A DNA stretch of 64,000 nucleotides from an uncultured Candidatus Saccharibacteria bacterium (GCA_964603545.1 CAZRVD010000002.1:46854-110853), one strand, 5' to 3'. Shown: positions 8,405-18,101, counted from the first letter of the stretch. The notes: generated by a model from the letters alone, not told the origin. Program-made: numbers and translations.

Positions 8405-9613
8405 CAATGCGTCTGCCAGGGAGTAAGTAGGACCGAGCATACTAATTGCAAAAAATCCAACACCCACACCGATGAGTATCATAAGCACTGGCTCTATGAT
8501 AGACGACATGTCTTTTGTTTTCTGGTCTACTTCTTCTTCATAAAAAGTCGCCACTCCTAGAAGCATCTCCCCTATCTTTCCCGTTTCTTCCCCCACAGCG
8601 ACCATCTCACCAACAAAAAGCGGGTAGAGTTTGGTGTTTGTATTAAATACTCCAGAAATCGGTTCCCCCTTCTGAATTACATCTTGAATCTTTTCCAAAA
8701 CAGCTTTGTAGTAGGAGTTTTGTATAACATCTTTAGTTATTCCTATAGCTAAAACTATATCTACTCCCGAAGAAAGTAATGAGGAGAGCGTTCGAGCTGT
8801 TCTGGCAGAATTTACCTGTTTTACAATTTCCTTAACGACTGGAATATGCAAGAAAACATAGTCTGACATTCTCTGACCTTTTCTTGTTCTGTAACCTATT
8901 ACTAATAGAAATACGGAAAGAATAGTTCCAAAAATAACAAAAACAAAATAGGACTTTAAGAAACTACTAATGGCGATAATAATACGAGTAGAAAGAGGGA
9001 GTTTTATTCCAAGCCCTATAAACGTAGCGGTGAGAGTTGGCACCATGTATACCATCATCAAAACTCCAATAACTATCATAAGTGAAAAGATGACAGCTGG
9101 GTACATCATCGCTCCTCTTATTTTTTTTGTCAGCAGATATGCTTTCTCCATTTGCACACCAACATTTAGAAGTGACGTAGATAGATTTCCGGACTCTTCT
9201 CCGGCCTTAACCATCGACACAAAAAGAGTAGAAAAAACTTTTGGATAGTTTTTCATTGAGTCACTCAGAGTATTTCCCTTTGTTAGAGACTCATTTAAAC
9301 CAATTAAAACTTTTTTGAAAGCTCCTTTAGATTGACGCTCCAATATGGACAAAGCACGAGTAATAGGAAGACCGGCTTCTGTCATTTTAGAGAGATTTTT
9401 GGCAAAAACGATTTTATCTCGAGTTTTAACCCCTCCAAAAATTGAAGACAGAAATGGGATTGAGAATTCTCTCCTTCCTTTTATTTCCTCAGCGGAAATA
9501 ACTGTAGAGCCATCTTGTTTAAGAGTGTGATAAAGGGCAAATTTATCTTTTGCTTCTAAATCCCCCTCAACAACCTTTCCCTCTTTATTTAAAATTTTGT
9601 AGTGAAATAACAT
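8402..9613 (-). CDS. pilC: Type IV pilus platform protein PilC/GspF
   Basis: AGEESGNL, AMMYP, VGEETGKI, IIEPVL. Confidence 0.93.
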   Translation of the reverse strand: MLFHYKILNKEGKVVEGDLEAKDKFALYHTLKQDGSTVISAEEIKGRREFSIPFLSSIFGGVKTRDKIVFAKNLSKMTEAGLPITRALSILERQSKGAFKKVLIGLNESLTKGNTLSDSMKNYPKVFSTLFVSMVKAGEESGNLSTSLLNVGVQMEKAYLLTKKIRGAMMYPAVIFSLMIVIGVLMMVYMVPTLTATFIGLGIKLPLSTRIIIAISSFLKSYFVFVIFGTILSVFLLVIGYRTRKGQRMSDYVFLHIPVVKEIVKQVNSARTARTLSSLLSSGVDIVLAIGITKDVIQNSYYKAVLEKIQDVIQKGEPISGVFNTNTKLYPLFVGEMVAVGEETGKIGEMLLGVATFYEEEVDQKTKDMSSIIEPVLMILIGVGVGFFAISMLGPTYSLADAL

Positions 9614-9617
9614 ATTT

Positions 9618-11375
9618 TTATTCGGAAACTACCCGGAGGACTTCTTCGATCGTGGTATAACCCTGCACCGCTTGGAAAATCCCATCCTCTATCATAGTCA
9701 GCATTCCCTCTGCTTCTGCCACTTTTTGTATCTCATCAGATGTCCCGGACTTCAAAATAACCTCTTTAATAGCTGGAGAAACTTTTAAAATCTCGTGGAT
9801 ACCACTTCTTCCTGAAAAAGCCTCGTTTACTGGAACATCTTTTTTGACTCTCCAAAAAGGAACATCTTCCCATTTGTCACTTTTGCCAACAATTTTTTCT
9901 GCTTTTAGTGCATCTAGAACTTTGTCTAGATTGATTGATTTACCAAGGGTGTCGATTTCAGATTTTGTCAGGAAATATTTTTCTTTAAATTCGTTTGTTA
10001 GTTTTCTAACCAGTCTTTGTCCAATAATAATGTTTACGGTAGAAACAATAAGAAAAGGCTCCACTTTCATATCTATAAGTCTCGGTACTGCACCAGCTGC
10101 AGAGTTTGTGTGGAGTGTAGAGAGCACTACATGTCCAGTAAGAGACGCGTTTATCGCCAAACTAGCCGTCTCGTTATCACGAATCTCCCCCACCATGATA
10201 ATATCTGGGTCTTGTCGAACTAAAGTTCGCAGTCCCGATGCAAAAGTAAAACCTATCTCGGGACGAACCTGAGTTTGATTTATTCTTTTCATTTGGTACT
10301 CAATAGGATCTTCAATCGTTGAGATATTTACGTCTGGTGTATTTAATATGTCGAGTACAGTATATAGTGTGGTTGTCTTTCCCGATCCTGTAGGACCTGT
10401 TGTCAAAATCATCCCAGTTGTTGACTTTACCGCTCTATGAATTCTGTCTAAGCCCTCCCCATGAAAAGCCAAGGACTCTAGTGTAAAGCCAGAGACATTT
10501 TCTCGGAGTAATCTCATAACAATTTTCTCACCGTAGTAAGTAGGAAGAGAAGAAACACGGAATGAAACTTTTTCTCCATCTGAATCTATTTTAAATCTTC
10601 CGTCTTGAGGAAGTCTTTTTTCATCAAGTTTAAGTGAGGACAGAACTTTAATACGAGCAGCGATACTTGGCGCCATATTTTTTGGCAAAATCATAGCGTC
10701 GTGAAGTAAACCGTCTATTCTATATCTCACGAGAAGTTCTGCTTCCTGTGGCTCTATATGAATGTCAGAGGCGTTTTGCAAAATTGCATGTTTAAGTAAA
10801 GTATCCACGATTCTAATCATCGGGATATCATCTGCCATCTTCTTCAAATCTTGCTCGTTTAGCTCAGCGCCGTCTGTATTTGAAGGAATACTTTTTATAT
10901 TACTGACATCCTCTGCAATCAAATCACCAAACTCTGCCTTCAAACTTTTTTGATACTGCAAAATTGCACTCTTCATTGAATCGTCATCGGTAAGACGAGG
11001 TAAAATCTTAAGTCCCGTTTTCTTTTTTATAAAATCAATCGCAGTTAAATCTTCGGTATCTAGCATGGCAACTTCCAAACTATTGTCTGACTTTTTGAAA
11101 GCAACAACATTATGATTTCTAGCAATAGGTTCTGGAATAAGAGAGAGAACTTCAAAAGGAAGTTTTTCTTTCTTTAGGTCCACAAAAGGAATACCAAGTA
11201 TGTACGCCTGCATTCTACGAAGATCGTCTTCTGTCAGTTTGCCTTTATTTACCAAAGTTTTACCAATATTCCCCCCTTTTTCTTTGGTTTCTTTTTCGGC
11301 GACCTCAATATCAGCCTTGGAAACAAGACCCGAGTCTAGAATAAAATCTTTTAATTGTTTTTCTTCAATGTGCAT
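9618..11375 (-). CDS. pilB: Type IV pilus assembly ATPase PilB/GspE
   Basis: ASDIHIEP, RLPQDGR, GPTGSGKTT, RQDPDIIMVGEIRD, STLHTN. Confidence 0.93.
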   Translation of the reverse strand: MHIEEKQLKDFILDSGLVSKADIEVAEKETKEKGGNIGKTLVNKGKLTEDDLRRMQAYILGIPFVDLKKEKLPFEVLSLIPEPIARNHNVVAFKKSDNSLEVAMLDTEDLTAIDFIKKKTGLKILPRLTDDDSMKSAILQYQKSLKAEFGDLIAEDVSNIKSIPSNTDGAELNEQDLKKMADDIPMIRIVDTLLKHAILQNASDIHIEPQEAELLVRYRIDGLLHDAMILPKNMAPSIAARIKVLSSLKLDEKRLPQDGRFKIDSDGEKVSFRVSSLPTYYGEKIVMRLLRENVSGFTLESLAFHGEGLDRIHRAVKSTTGMILTTGPTGSGKTTTLYTVLDILNTPDVNISTIEDPIEYQMKRINQTQVRPEIGFTFASGLRTLVRQDPDIIMVGEIRDNETASLAINASLTGHVVLSTLHTNSAAGAVPRLIDMKVEPFLIVSTVNIIIGQRLVRKLTNEFKEKYFLTKSEIDTLGKSINLDKVLDALKAEKIVGKSDKWEDVPFWRVKKDVPVNEAFSGRSGIHEILKVSPAIKEVILKSGTSDEIQKVAEAEGMLTMIEDGIFQAVQGYTTIEEVLRVVSE

Positions 11376-11376
11376 G

Positions 11377-11480
11377 AGATACGAAAATTATTCGAACATT
11401 ACGAATGGCTACGAATAATGCGTTTGGCTTTTTCCATTCGCAATCATTCGTTGATTTAAATTATTCGTATATTCGTATGT
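11377..11480. repeat. ACGAA/TTCGT short-repeat palindromic element in pilB leader
   Basis: Tandem TACGAA then TTCGTA units; 11398-11418 is the exact reverse complement of 19700-19720. Confidence 0.75.
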
Positions 11481-11540
11481 TTATCTTAATTATACCAAAA
11501 TTAAAATCTTATTTCACAAAAAATGTGTAAAAGATTATTA

Positions 11541-11569
11541 TTGACTAAATTTGTAAATTAGATTAGACT
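11541..11569 (+). promoter_or_regulatory. Sigma70 promoter with no credible downstream ORF
   Basis: TTGACT-N17-TAGACT. Confidence 0.75.
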
Positions 11570-11575
11570 CATTTA

Positions 11576-11800
11576 TGAAACAGTTCTTGGTTCGCCGGCG
11601 ATGGGTCTGCCAACTCAGGTGTGGTGGCTCACCCTGGCCACCGTGAGCGACTAACCGCTCAAAACAGGATCAAAATCTTGAACAGACCCATCGCTTTCCG
11701 CCCGCAAGTTTCAAGCGGGTGGGTCCGACCGGTTCATGGTTTCCAGATCTATGGGTAAAAGTCCGGGTCGACATTGTGTCGTCGCCCCGGCTTTTCGTTT
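11576..11800 (+). ncRNA. Candidate structured ncRNA N1
   Basis: 12-bp perfect stem 11598-11609/11683-11694 enclosing three hairpins, a further hairpin 11698-11722, terminator 11757-11800. Confidence 0.6.
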
Positions 11801-11802
11801 AT

Positions 11803-11873
11803 TTGACAAAAAGATTGCTTGGGTGTATTATGGTGTTATTGAAGTTCGCCCACCAGGGCGGGCTCGTTTTTTT
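11803..11873 (+). promoter_or_regulatory. nusA promoter and leader attenuator-like hairpin
   Basis: TTGACA-N17-TATTAT; GTTCGCCC-ACCA-GGGCGGGC then CGTTTTTTT. Confidence 0.6.
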
Positions 11874-11953
11874 ACCGGAGGTAAAAAAACAATTAAACAG
11901 CTTTACCTAAGCCCTGTTTAGGTAGAAATAAATTAAAATTAAATATAACTAAT

Positions 11954-13105
11954 ATGATTGATTTAAAAGTGGTCAGTTCAGTACTAGCCCAATTAGAAGA
12001 AGAACGAGGAATACCTAAGGAGAAAATTCTTGAGGCTATTGAACTTGCCCTAGCTACTGCGTACAAAAAAGAGTACGGTAAAAAAGGGCAAATAATCCGA
12101 GCGAAATTCGATGTGAATTCTGGAAAAACTGAAATGTTTCAGGTTAAAAAGGTAGTGGATGACACTACTGTTGTTATGGACGAAGACGACCTTCCTGAAT
12201 TTGATCCTTTGACAGCAGAGACAGAAGCTACGATCGAACTGTACAACCCTGAACATCATATAATGATAGACAATGCTAGAAAGATAAAGAAAAACGTGGC
12301 TCTAGGAGAAGAAATGATTTTTCCTCTTGAAGCTCAAGACGACTACAGTAGAATTGCCGCTCAAACAGCTAAGCAGGTCATTATGCAGAAAATCCGCGAA
12401 GCGGAGAAAGTCTCTATTATGTCTCAATACGGACAACGTGAGGGAGAAATAGTCACTGGTACAGTACAAAGAATAGAGAGAGGAAATATATTTATAGACA
12501 TGGGACGAGCTACAGGACTTTTGCCTTATGAAGAGCAAATCCCTGGAGAGAGGTTCGGTCAAGGAGAAAGGGTTCGAGCATACCTATATAGAGTAGAAGA
12601 GTCTGGGAAGGGCGTATTCCTGCGACTTTCTCGCTCACATCCAAAGTTTCTAGAAAAACTTTTTGAAGCAGAGGCACCAGAAATAGCAAACGGCACTGTA
12701 ATAGTAAAATCTGTTGCCAGAGAAGCAGGATCACGAACAAAAATCGCGGTTAGTTCTGTTGATTCACACATAGACCCTGTAGGTTCTATGGTTGGCCAGC
12801 GTGGTGTTCGTGTTTCAACTGTTATGTCTGAACTCGGTGGAGAGAAAATAGATATTATAGAATGGAACGAAGACCCAAAGAAATTTATTGAAGACGCACT
12901 TTCCCCTGCTAAAACATTGGAAGTAAAAGTGAACGAAGCAGAAAAACAAGCGACAGTTACAGTATCTGAAGACCAACAGTCACTAGCCATTGGTAAGGGA
13001 GGACAAAATGTTCGCCTAGCTGCAAAACTAACTGGTTGGAAAATAGACATCCAATCTGCACAAAAAGATGAGTCAGCAACATCTGAGGAAGTTTCTGCTG
13101 AATAA
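11954..13105 (+). CDS. nusA: Transcription factor NusA
   Basis: RIAAQTAKQ, S1 and KH domains, AREAGSRTKIAV, AIGKGGQNVRLA. Confidence 0.97.
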   Translation: MIDLKVVSSVLAQLEEERGIPKEKILEAIELALATAYKKEYGKKGQIIRAKFDVNSGKTEMFQVKKVVDDTTVVMDEDDLPEFDPLTAETEATIELYNPEHHIMIDNARKIKKNVALGEEMIFPLEAQDDYSRIAAQTAKQVIMQKIREAEKVSIMSQYGQREGEIVTGTVQRIERGNIFIDMGRATGLLPYEEQIPGERFGQGERVRAYLYRVEESGKGVFLRLSRSHPKFLEKLFEAEAPEIANGTVIVKSVAREAGSRTKIAVSSVDSHIDPVGSMVGQRGVRVSTVMSELGGEKIDIIEWNEDPKKFIEDALSPAKTLEVKVNEAEKQATVTVSEDQQSLAIGKGGQNVRLAAKLTGWKIDIQSAQKDESATSEEVSAE

Positions 13106-13149
13106 TTGTGATAGTATTAATTCAATATTTAATAAAACAAAAAAATAAT

Positions 13150-13671
13150 ATGAATTTGATAAAGGAGATAGATCCAGGAACAGCCGATAAAATAAATGTC
13201 ATTATTGAAATAAATAAAGGCTCAAAAAATAAGTATGAAATAGACAAACAGACTGGCCTTATTATGTTAGATAGAGCTATGCACACTACCCAAGACTACC
13301 CTTTTGACTATGGTTTCGTTCCTCAAACACTCTGGGATGATGGAGACCCTCTTGATGTCCTAGTTCTTACTACTTACCCACTATTTCCAGGTATTTTAGT
13401 GAAAGTTAGACCTGTTGCAATAGTAAACATGGTGGATGATGGAGAATCAGATGCAAAAATCATTGCTGTACCAGTAAAGGACCCTCGTTTTGATGAGATA
13501 AAAGATATTGGAGATATAAACAAACATACACTAAAAGAAATTGAACACTTCTACAAAACCTACAAAGATTTACAAAATAAAGTTGTAGTGATAAATGGAA
13601 TAGACGGAGCGGATAAAGCGAAAGAAGCTTTTGAAAAAGCCCTGGCTAACTATAAAAAGGCCGGGAAATAA
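13150..13671 (+). CDS. ppa: Inorganic pyrophosphatase, family I
   Basis: KYE, YPFDYG, DGDPLD; ATG 13150 preferred over GTG 13108. Confidence 0.95.
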   Translation: MNLIKEIDPGTADKINVIIEINKGSKNKYEIDKQTGLIMLDRAMHTTQDYPFDYGFVPQTLWDDGDPLDVLVLTTYPLFPGILVKVRPVAIVNMVDDGESDAKIIAVPVKDPRFDEIKDIGDINKHTLKEIEHFYKTYKDLQNKVVVINGIDGADKAKEAFEKALANYKKAGK

Positions 13672-13691
13672 TAAGCACTCCAGTAATTAAC

Positions 13692-13734
13692 ATAACAAAA
13701 TTCTGTACTATGTTGTAGTACAGGATTTTGTTAT
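13692..13734. terminator. 19-bp inverted repeat after ppa (terminator or operator)
   Basis: ATAACAAAATTCTGTACTA-TGTTG-TAGTACAGGATTTTGTTAT, one G-U pair. Confidence 0.5.
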
Positions 13735-13778
13735 ATACTTATATCTATAATAATTATTAAGAATAATAATCAACATAG

Positions 13779-14567
13779 ATGAAAAAATTTATATTAAATT
13801 CTCTAGTAATTGCAGTTGCTCTAAGTGGAGCCGTCACTGCCTTTGCAGAAGAAACGAGTAATACTTCTGTCAGACCTAATCCATTAAAGGCATTGATGGA
13901 GGCTCAAAAAAATACCAGGGAAGAAACCAGGGAGAAAATGCAAGACGTAAGAGAAAATCGTGCCAGCACAACTAAGGCTATTAAAGATGATGCCAAAGAA
14001 AGAATGTTGGATCTAAAAGCTAAAATGGCCAGTTCATCTACTGAAAGAAAAGAGGATAGGGAAGAAAAAATGGAAGAAAGACGAGAAGATAGAATAGAAC
14101 TCATAAAAAGAATGATCGGAGATCGTTTTAGAAAAATGTTCATGCGCTTCCAGGCAACAATAGACCGAGAGACTAAGATTATGACAAAGATTAACACTCG
14201 AATAGAAAAGGTTAAGACAGCAGGAGGAAATACAACAAATGCAGAAAAATTCACAGCTGAAGCAAAAGTTCATCTTGGTGAAGCTCAAACCGCTCTTGAT
14301 ATGTTAAAAGTTATGGCCACAAGTACTGCAGAGATTGACGCTCAACTACTAGCAACGACTACAAGTCCAGGAACAGTAACAAAAGGAACTTTGCAGAAAA
14401 TGAAAGGTGTAACAGAACAAATAGAAAAACATTTAAAAGAAGCTCATAAAGCTCTGGAAAATGCTCTGAAAAATCTACGAGGAATGTCATCCGTTAACGC
14501 AAATGCAACCACAACTACTCCCGCAAACACAGGAACATCAACAACCGCGACAACAACAAATAATTAA
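13779..14567 (+). CDS. Secreted helical/coiled-coil hypothetical protein
   Basis: Signal peptide (AFA|EE), charged helical body, Thr-rich tail. Confidence 0.8.
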   Translation: MKKFILNSLVIAVALSGAVTAFAEETSNTSVRPNPLKALMEAQKNTREETREKMQDVRENRASTTKAIKDDAKERMLDLKAKMASSSTERKEDREEKMEERREDRIELIKRMIGDRFRKMFMRFQATIDRETKIMTKINTRIEKVKTAGGNTTNAEKFTAEAKVHLGEAQTALDMLKVMATSTAEIDAQLLATTTSPGTVTKGTLQKMKGVTEQIEKHLKEAHKALENALKNLRGMSSVNANATTTTPANTGTSTTATTTNN

Positions 14568-14587
14568 AAAAATAATAATAAAATAAT

Positions 14588-14941
14588 ATGAACGAAAACA
14601 TGCAACCAAACAACGCACCATTAAACAATATGCCGGTAGATAACGTATCCGTAAATAATTCACCTGAAAATAAGTCATCAATAGGCTCTATAATAGGAAC
14701 GATAATAGTAATCGCTATTATTATCTTGGGTGGACTTTATTTCTGGGGTAAAAGAATAGATGAAGCAAAAATGACTCAGGATTTAGTTACGGGTGAAAAT
14801 GCAGATACCGTGGTGAATGAATCTAATGACAACTTGGAAGCAAATTCAATAAAGAGTGTTAGTGGTGCGGATGATTTAAACTCAATAGAAGCAGACTTAA
14901 AAGGAACTAATACTACTAACCTTGCTCCAGAATTAGAGTAA
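14588..14941 (+). CDS. Small single-TM hypothetical protein
   Basis: IGSIIGTIIVIAIIILGGLYFWG segment. Confidence 0.8.
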   Translation: MNENMQPNNAPLNNMPVDNVSVNNSPENKSSIGSIIGTIIVIAIIILGGLYFWGKRIDEAKMTQDLVTGENADTVVNESNDNLEANSIKSVSGADDLNSIEADLKGTNTTNLAPELE

Positions 14942-14958
14942 AACTTCCAAATTTGGCT
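14939..14958. repeat. Truncated ERIC-like end, copy G, at stop codon
   Basis: TAAAACTTCCAAATTTGGCT matches the stop-proximal end of copies A and E. Confidence 0.6.
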
Positions 14959-14965
14959 GATTGTT

Positions 14966-14988
14966 AAAAACCACTTATAGTGGTTTTT
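14966..14988 (+). terminator. Intrinsic terminator
   Basis: AAAAACCACT-TAT-AGTGGTTTTT. Confidence 0.6.
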
Positions 14989-15032
14989 GCATTATATTTG
15001 CTAAAATACGCCTAATAATATAGACTTTGCTC

Positions 15033-16103
15033 ATGTCAAAACACTATAAAGATGTAAAGATTACTCCTCTTCCAGAGAGAGAACTTGAAATAATAGGAAC
15101 AATTACTGCTGAGAAAATGAGTTTAATGCGAGAAAAAGCTTTAAAAAAACTCAAAGAATCTGTGGAACTCCCTGGGTTTAGAAAAGGAAACGCTCCCGAT
15201 AGTTTGGTGGCACAGAAAATAGGTGAGGGAACGCTCTTGGAAGAAGCTGCGGAAATAGCTCTTACGGAGGAATACCCGAGTATTTTAGAAGAACACAAAA
15301 TAGATGCTATTGGCAGACCAGAAATCACAATTACTAAAATTGGGCTTGGAAGTGATATGGAGTTTAAAATAAAAACTTCACTTATGCCAGAAGTTAAACT
15401 TGGAAATTACAAAAAAGTAGCTAGTAACCAGAATCTAGCATCTGGGGAAGAAAAGATTATAGTTCTAGATAAAGAAGTAGAGGACGTCATTGAGAATATT
15501 AGACAAAACCTGGCTCACGAAAAAGTTCACGCTGAGGCTGGTGGAGGCCATGAGCATAAGCACAGAAAAATTGAAGACAGTGACTTGCCTGAGGTAAATG
15601 ACGAGTTTGCAAAAATGCTTGGAAACTTTGAAAGTTTGGATGAAATGAAATCTAAAATCAAAGAAAATATTGTTAAAGAGAAAGAACTTAAGGCCAAAGA
15701 CAAAAGACGAACAGATATTTTGGAAAAAATAATGTTGGACTCAAAAATAGACCTGCCTAAAATTATTGTAGAAGGTGAAATGGAAAAAATGCTAGCACAG
15801 TTTAAGGACGACATTGCAAAAAGTGGAATCTCTTACGAAGATTATTTGAAACATATAAAGAAAACCGAGAATGACCTAAGAGCTGAATGGAAAGAACCTG
15901 CCCTGAAACGTGCAAAGTCCCAAGTAATACTAAACACGATTGCAAAAGAAGAAGGTATTGCTCCTAAAGAAGAAGACATCAAGAGAGAAATGGAAAACAT
16001 CCTAGCAAACTACAAAGAAGCAGATCGTTTCCGAGTGAGAATGTATGTGGAGACTTTTCTGACGAACGAACTAGTATTCCAATTTCTGGAAACACAAGTT
16101 TAA
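15033..16103 (+). CDS. tig: Trigger factor, apparently lacking the PPIase domain
   Basis: PGFRKGNAP ribosome-binding motif, LPEVNDEFAK; next to clpP. Confidence 0.93.
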   Translation: MSKHYKDVKITPLPERELEIIGTITAEKMSLMREKALKKLKESVELPGFRKGNAPDSLVAQKIGEGTLLEEAAEIALTEEYPSILEEHKIDAIGRPEITITKIGLGSDMEFKIKTSLMPEVKLGNYKKVASNQNLASGEEKIIVLDKEVEDVIENIRQNLAHEKVHAEAGGGHEHKHRKIEDSDLPEVNDEFAKMLGNFESLDEMKSKIKENIVKEKELKAKDKRRTDILEKIMLDSKIDLPKIIVEGEMEKMLAQFKDDIAKSGISYEDYLKHIKKTENDLRAEWKEPALKRAKSQVILNTIAKEEGIAPKEEDIKREMENILANYKEADRFRVRMYVETFLTNELVFQFLETQV

Positions 16104-16261
16104 AATCTCTTTCTCACCAAAACCTTTTCAGAGACATAAATTTTTCCAGCGAAAAATTTATTCTAGTCCTCGGTCTTGATTCGTCAAGAACGGGGTGCCT
16201 TGACGAAACCAGCTCAAGACCTGTGGATGCTCTAAAAAGGTTTTGGTTCAACGAGATTTTA
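16101..16261. repeat. Branched palindromic element spanning tig stop to rsmE stop
   Basis: TAAAATCTC/GAGATTTTA, ACCAAAACCTTTT/AAAAGGTTTTGGT, ATAAATTTTT/AAAAATTTAT, GGTCTTGA/TCAAGACC, TTCGTCAAG/CTTGACGAA. Confidence 0.7.
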
Positions 16262-16963
16262 AAGAATCAGCAGTGAAGAAATAGCGATTGCAGCTGTTTC
16301 TGCGCGGAGGATTTGGGAGCCGAGGGAGATGGCTGGAACATTGTAGGATTTAAAAAGAGCAATTTCTTTTGGGCTAAATCCCCCTTCTGGACCAACAAAA
16401 ACAGCAAAGGAATGAACACTACTTAGTCCTGAAATGTATTTGTGAAAGGAATCTCCTTCTGGGTGAAGAACTATTTTTTCTTGTGGGAGAATTCCTTTTT
16501 GAAAAACTTCTTCGATTTTCATAACTTCATGTAAAACAGGAACATCTCCCCTACCGGACTGCTCTGAAGCTTCCACCAAAATTTTATTTAATCTCTCCAT
16601 ATTTAATTTTCTTTTTTCACTGTGTTCACAGAGAATCGGAATGATACCGTTTACACCAAGCTCAGTAACCTTTTGAGCGATAAGTTCAAAATTATCTTTC
16701 TTGACTAGTGCCATGCAAAGCCAGACATTTTTTCTCGGAGCAGAGTCTGTTTTCTTTTCTTTAAACACTTCAAGAGTTGCACCAAGATTTCGTAAAGATG
16801 TGATCATGCACAGATAGTCAGTCCCAGAGCCGTCAAAAAGAATAACCTGACTTCCAACATTGTAACGAAAAACGCTTTTCCATTGGTGAATAAGATCCCG
16901 ATCGGTGAGATCAAATGATTTGCTCCCTATTGGAGTATTTGTATAAAACCTATGCAACCTCAT
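16259..16963 (-). CDS. rsmE: 16S rRNA m3U1498 methyltransferase
   Basis: QKVTELGV, EASEQSGR, VGPEGGFS, LGSQILRAETA. Confidence 0.96.
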   Translation of the reverse strand: MRLHRFYTNTPIGSKSFDLTDRDLIHQWKSVFRYNVGSQVILFDGSGTDYLCMITSLRNLGATLEVFKEKKTDSAPRKNVWLCMALVKKDNFELIAQKVTELGVNGIIPILCEHSEKRKLNMERLNKILVEASEQSGRGDVPVLHEVMKIEEVFQKGILPQEKIVLHPEGDSFHKYISGLSSVHSFAVFVGPEGGFSPKEIALFKSYNVPAISLGSQILRAETAAIAISSLLIL

Positions 16964-17010
16964 AAAAATAATTATATATTAAAACGATGGGGATGGCTTG
17001 TGGCCATCCC

Positions 17011-17214
17011 CTAGTCTTCTTCGTGCTTGTGATGTTGTCCACCGTGTGTTCTACCAACCGTTCTGTGTTCACCATTTCCCTCTGGTGTCCAGTGACTTCG
17101 ACACTGACCACTCATATTAGAATCCGAAAGCTTTCTCCCGCAAATAGTACAATGGGTTAGCCGAGGAGCTCCTTCTGGAGGCCTGGGCATTTCGGTTTCT
17201 CTTGGTTTACGCAT
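17011..17214 (-). CDS. Small Zn-finger-like protein, 67 aa
   Basis: CTICGRKLS-x6-QCRSH and His-rich tail; GGAGG SD 8 nt before ATG 17214; promoter TTGACT-N17-TAGAGT (17262-17234); hairpin 16989-17011. Confidence 0.7.
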   Translation of the reverse strand: MRKPRETEMPRPPEGAPRLTHCTICGRKLSDSNMSGQCRSHWTPEGNGEHRTVGRTHGGQHHKHEED

Positions 17215-17311
17215 GAACCCATCCTCCAGAATTACTCTATAAAACATAGATAATTAAGTCAATCTAAGAAGGTAGATTTACAAAAAGGCACTTTCTGGTA
17301 TACTCTAGCTC

Positions 17312-17884
17312 ATGTTAATACCAACCGTTATAGAAAAATCTCAATTCGGTGAGAGAGCTTATGACATCTTTAGCCGACTTTTGCGTGATAATATTATTTT
17401 CCTGGATGGTCCTATCGACGACCATGTAGCTAATCTTATTATTGCCCAAATGCTGTTTCTACAGTCTGAAGACCCAAAAAAGGACATTTCTTTCTATGTA
17501 AACTCTCCTGGAGGATCAGTCACAGCAGGACTGGCAATTGTTGACACCATGAATCATATTAAAAACGACGTCTCTACTGTTTGTGTTGGAATGGCAGCAT
17601 CAATGGGGGCAATAATTTTATCTGCTGGTAAAAAAGGTAAGAGATTTGCCCTGCCAAATGCAGAGATAATGATCCATCAACCATGGCAGGGAGGAATTGA
17701 GGGCCAAGCGTCTGACATCGAAATATCTGCTAAAAGAATAATAAAAAATAAGGAGGAGCTTAGTAAAATGCTAGCTAAAAATACTGGCCAGAGCTTAGCT
17801 AAAATTGAAAAAGACTCTGATAGAGATTTTTTCATGTCAGCAGAAGAGGCTAAAAAGTATGGTCTCGTAGACAAAGTTCTGTAA
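17312..17884 (+). CDS. clpP: ClpP protease
   Basis: NSPGG, AASMG, IHQP, DRD. Confidence 0.98.
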   Translation: MLIPTVIEKSQFGERAYDIFSRLLRDNIIFLDGPIDDHVANLIIAQMLFLQSEDPKKDISFYVNSPGGSVTAGLAIVDTMNHIKNDVSTVCVGMAASMGAIILSAGKKGKRFALPNAEIMIHQPWQGGIEGQASDIEISAKRIIKNKEELSKMLAKNTGQSLAKIEKDSDRDFFMSAEEAKKYGLVDKVL

Positions 17885-17897
17885 CGACTCTCGAATT

Positions 17898-17926
17898 TTG
17901 ACTTATTCCCCCCTTTCTTATATAGT
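17898..17926 (+). promoter_or_regulatory. rny promoter
   Basis: TTGACT-N17-TATAGT. Confidence 0.65.
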
Positions 17927-18101
17927 ACGGGTATTATTTATATTAATTGTAAGTAACCAATTGTTCTTGTTTTTCTTGATTTTTACCGATTATTTCCGAA
18001 TTACCGAAAGAAAATTCAAATTAAATCATAAAATTCTTAAAAGAAAGTATTAACTTTTCAGGCAAGTCTAGAGAAAAAGAGGAAGGGGTTTCGATAAAAA
18101 A

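Noticed and set aside
11377-11480. Micro-repeat arrays as CRISPR
   Set aside because: Units are 5-10 bp and inverted, with no constant repeat-spacer period and no cas genes
11755-11795. AAAGTCCGGG...CCCGGCTT resembling RNase P RNA P4 halves
   Set aside because: The halves are about 20 nt apart instead of about 300, and GAGGAAAG and other conserved elements are missing; simpler as a terminator
17983-18010. TTACCGAT/TTTCCGAA/TTACCGAA triplet in the rny leader
   Set aside because: Too short and AT-rich to assign; may be a relic of a micro-repeat element
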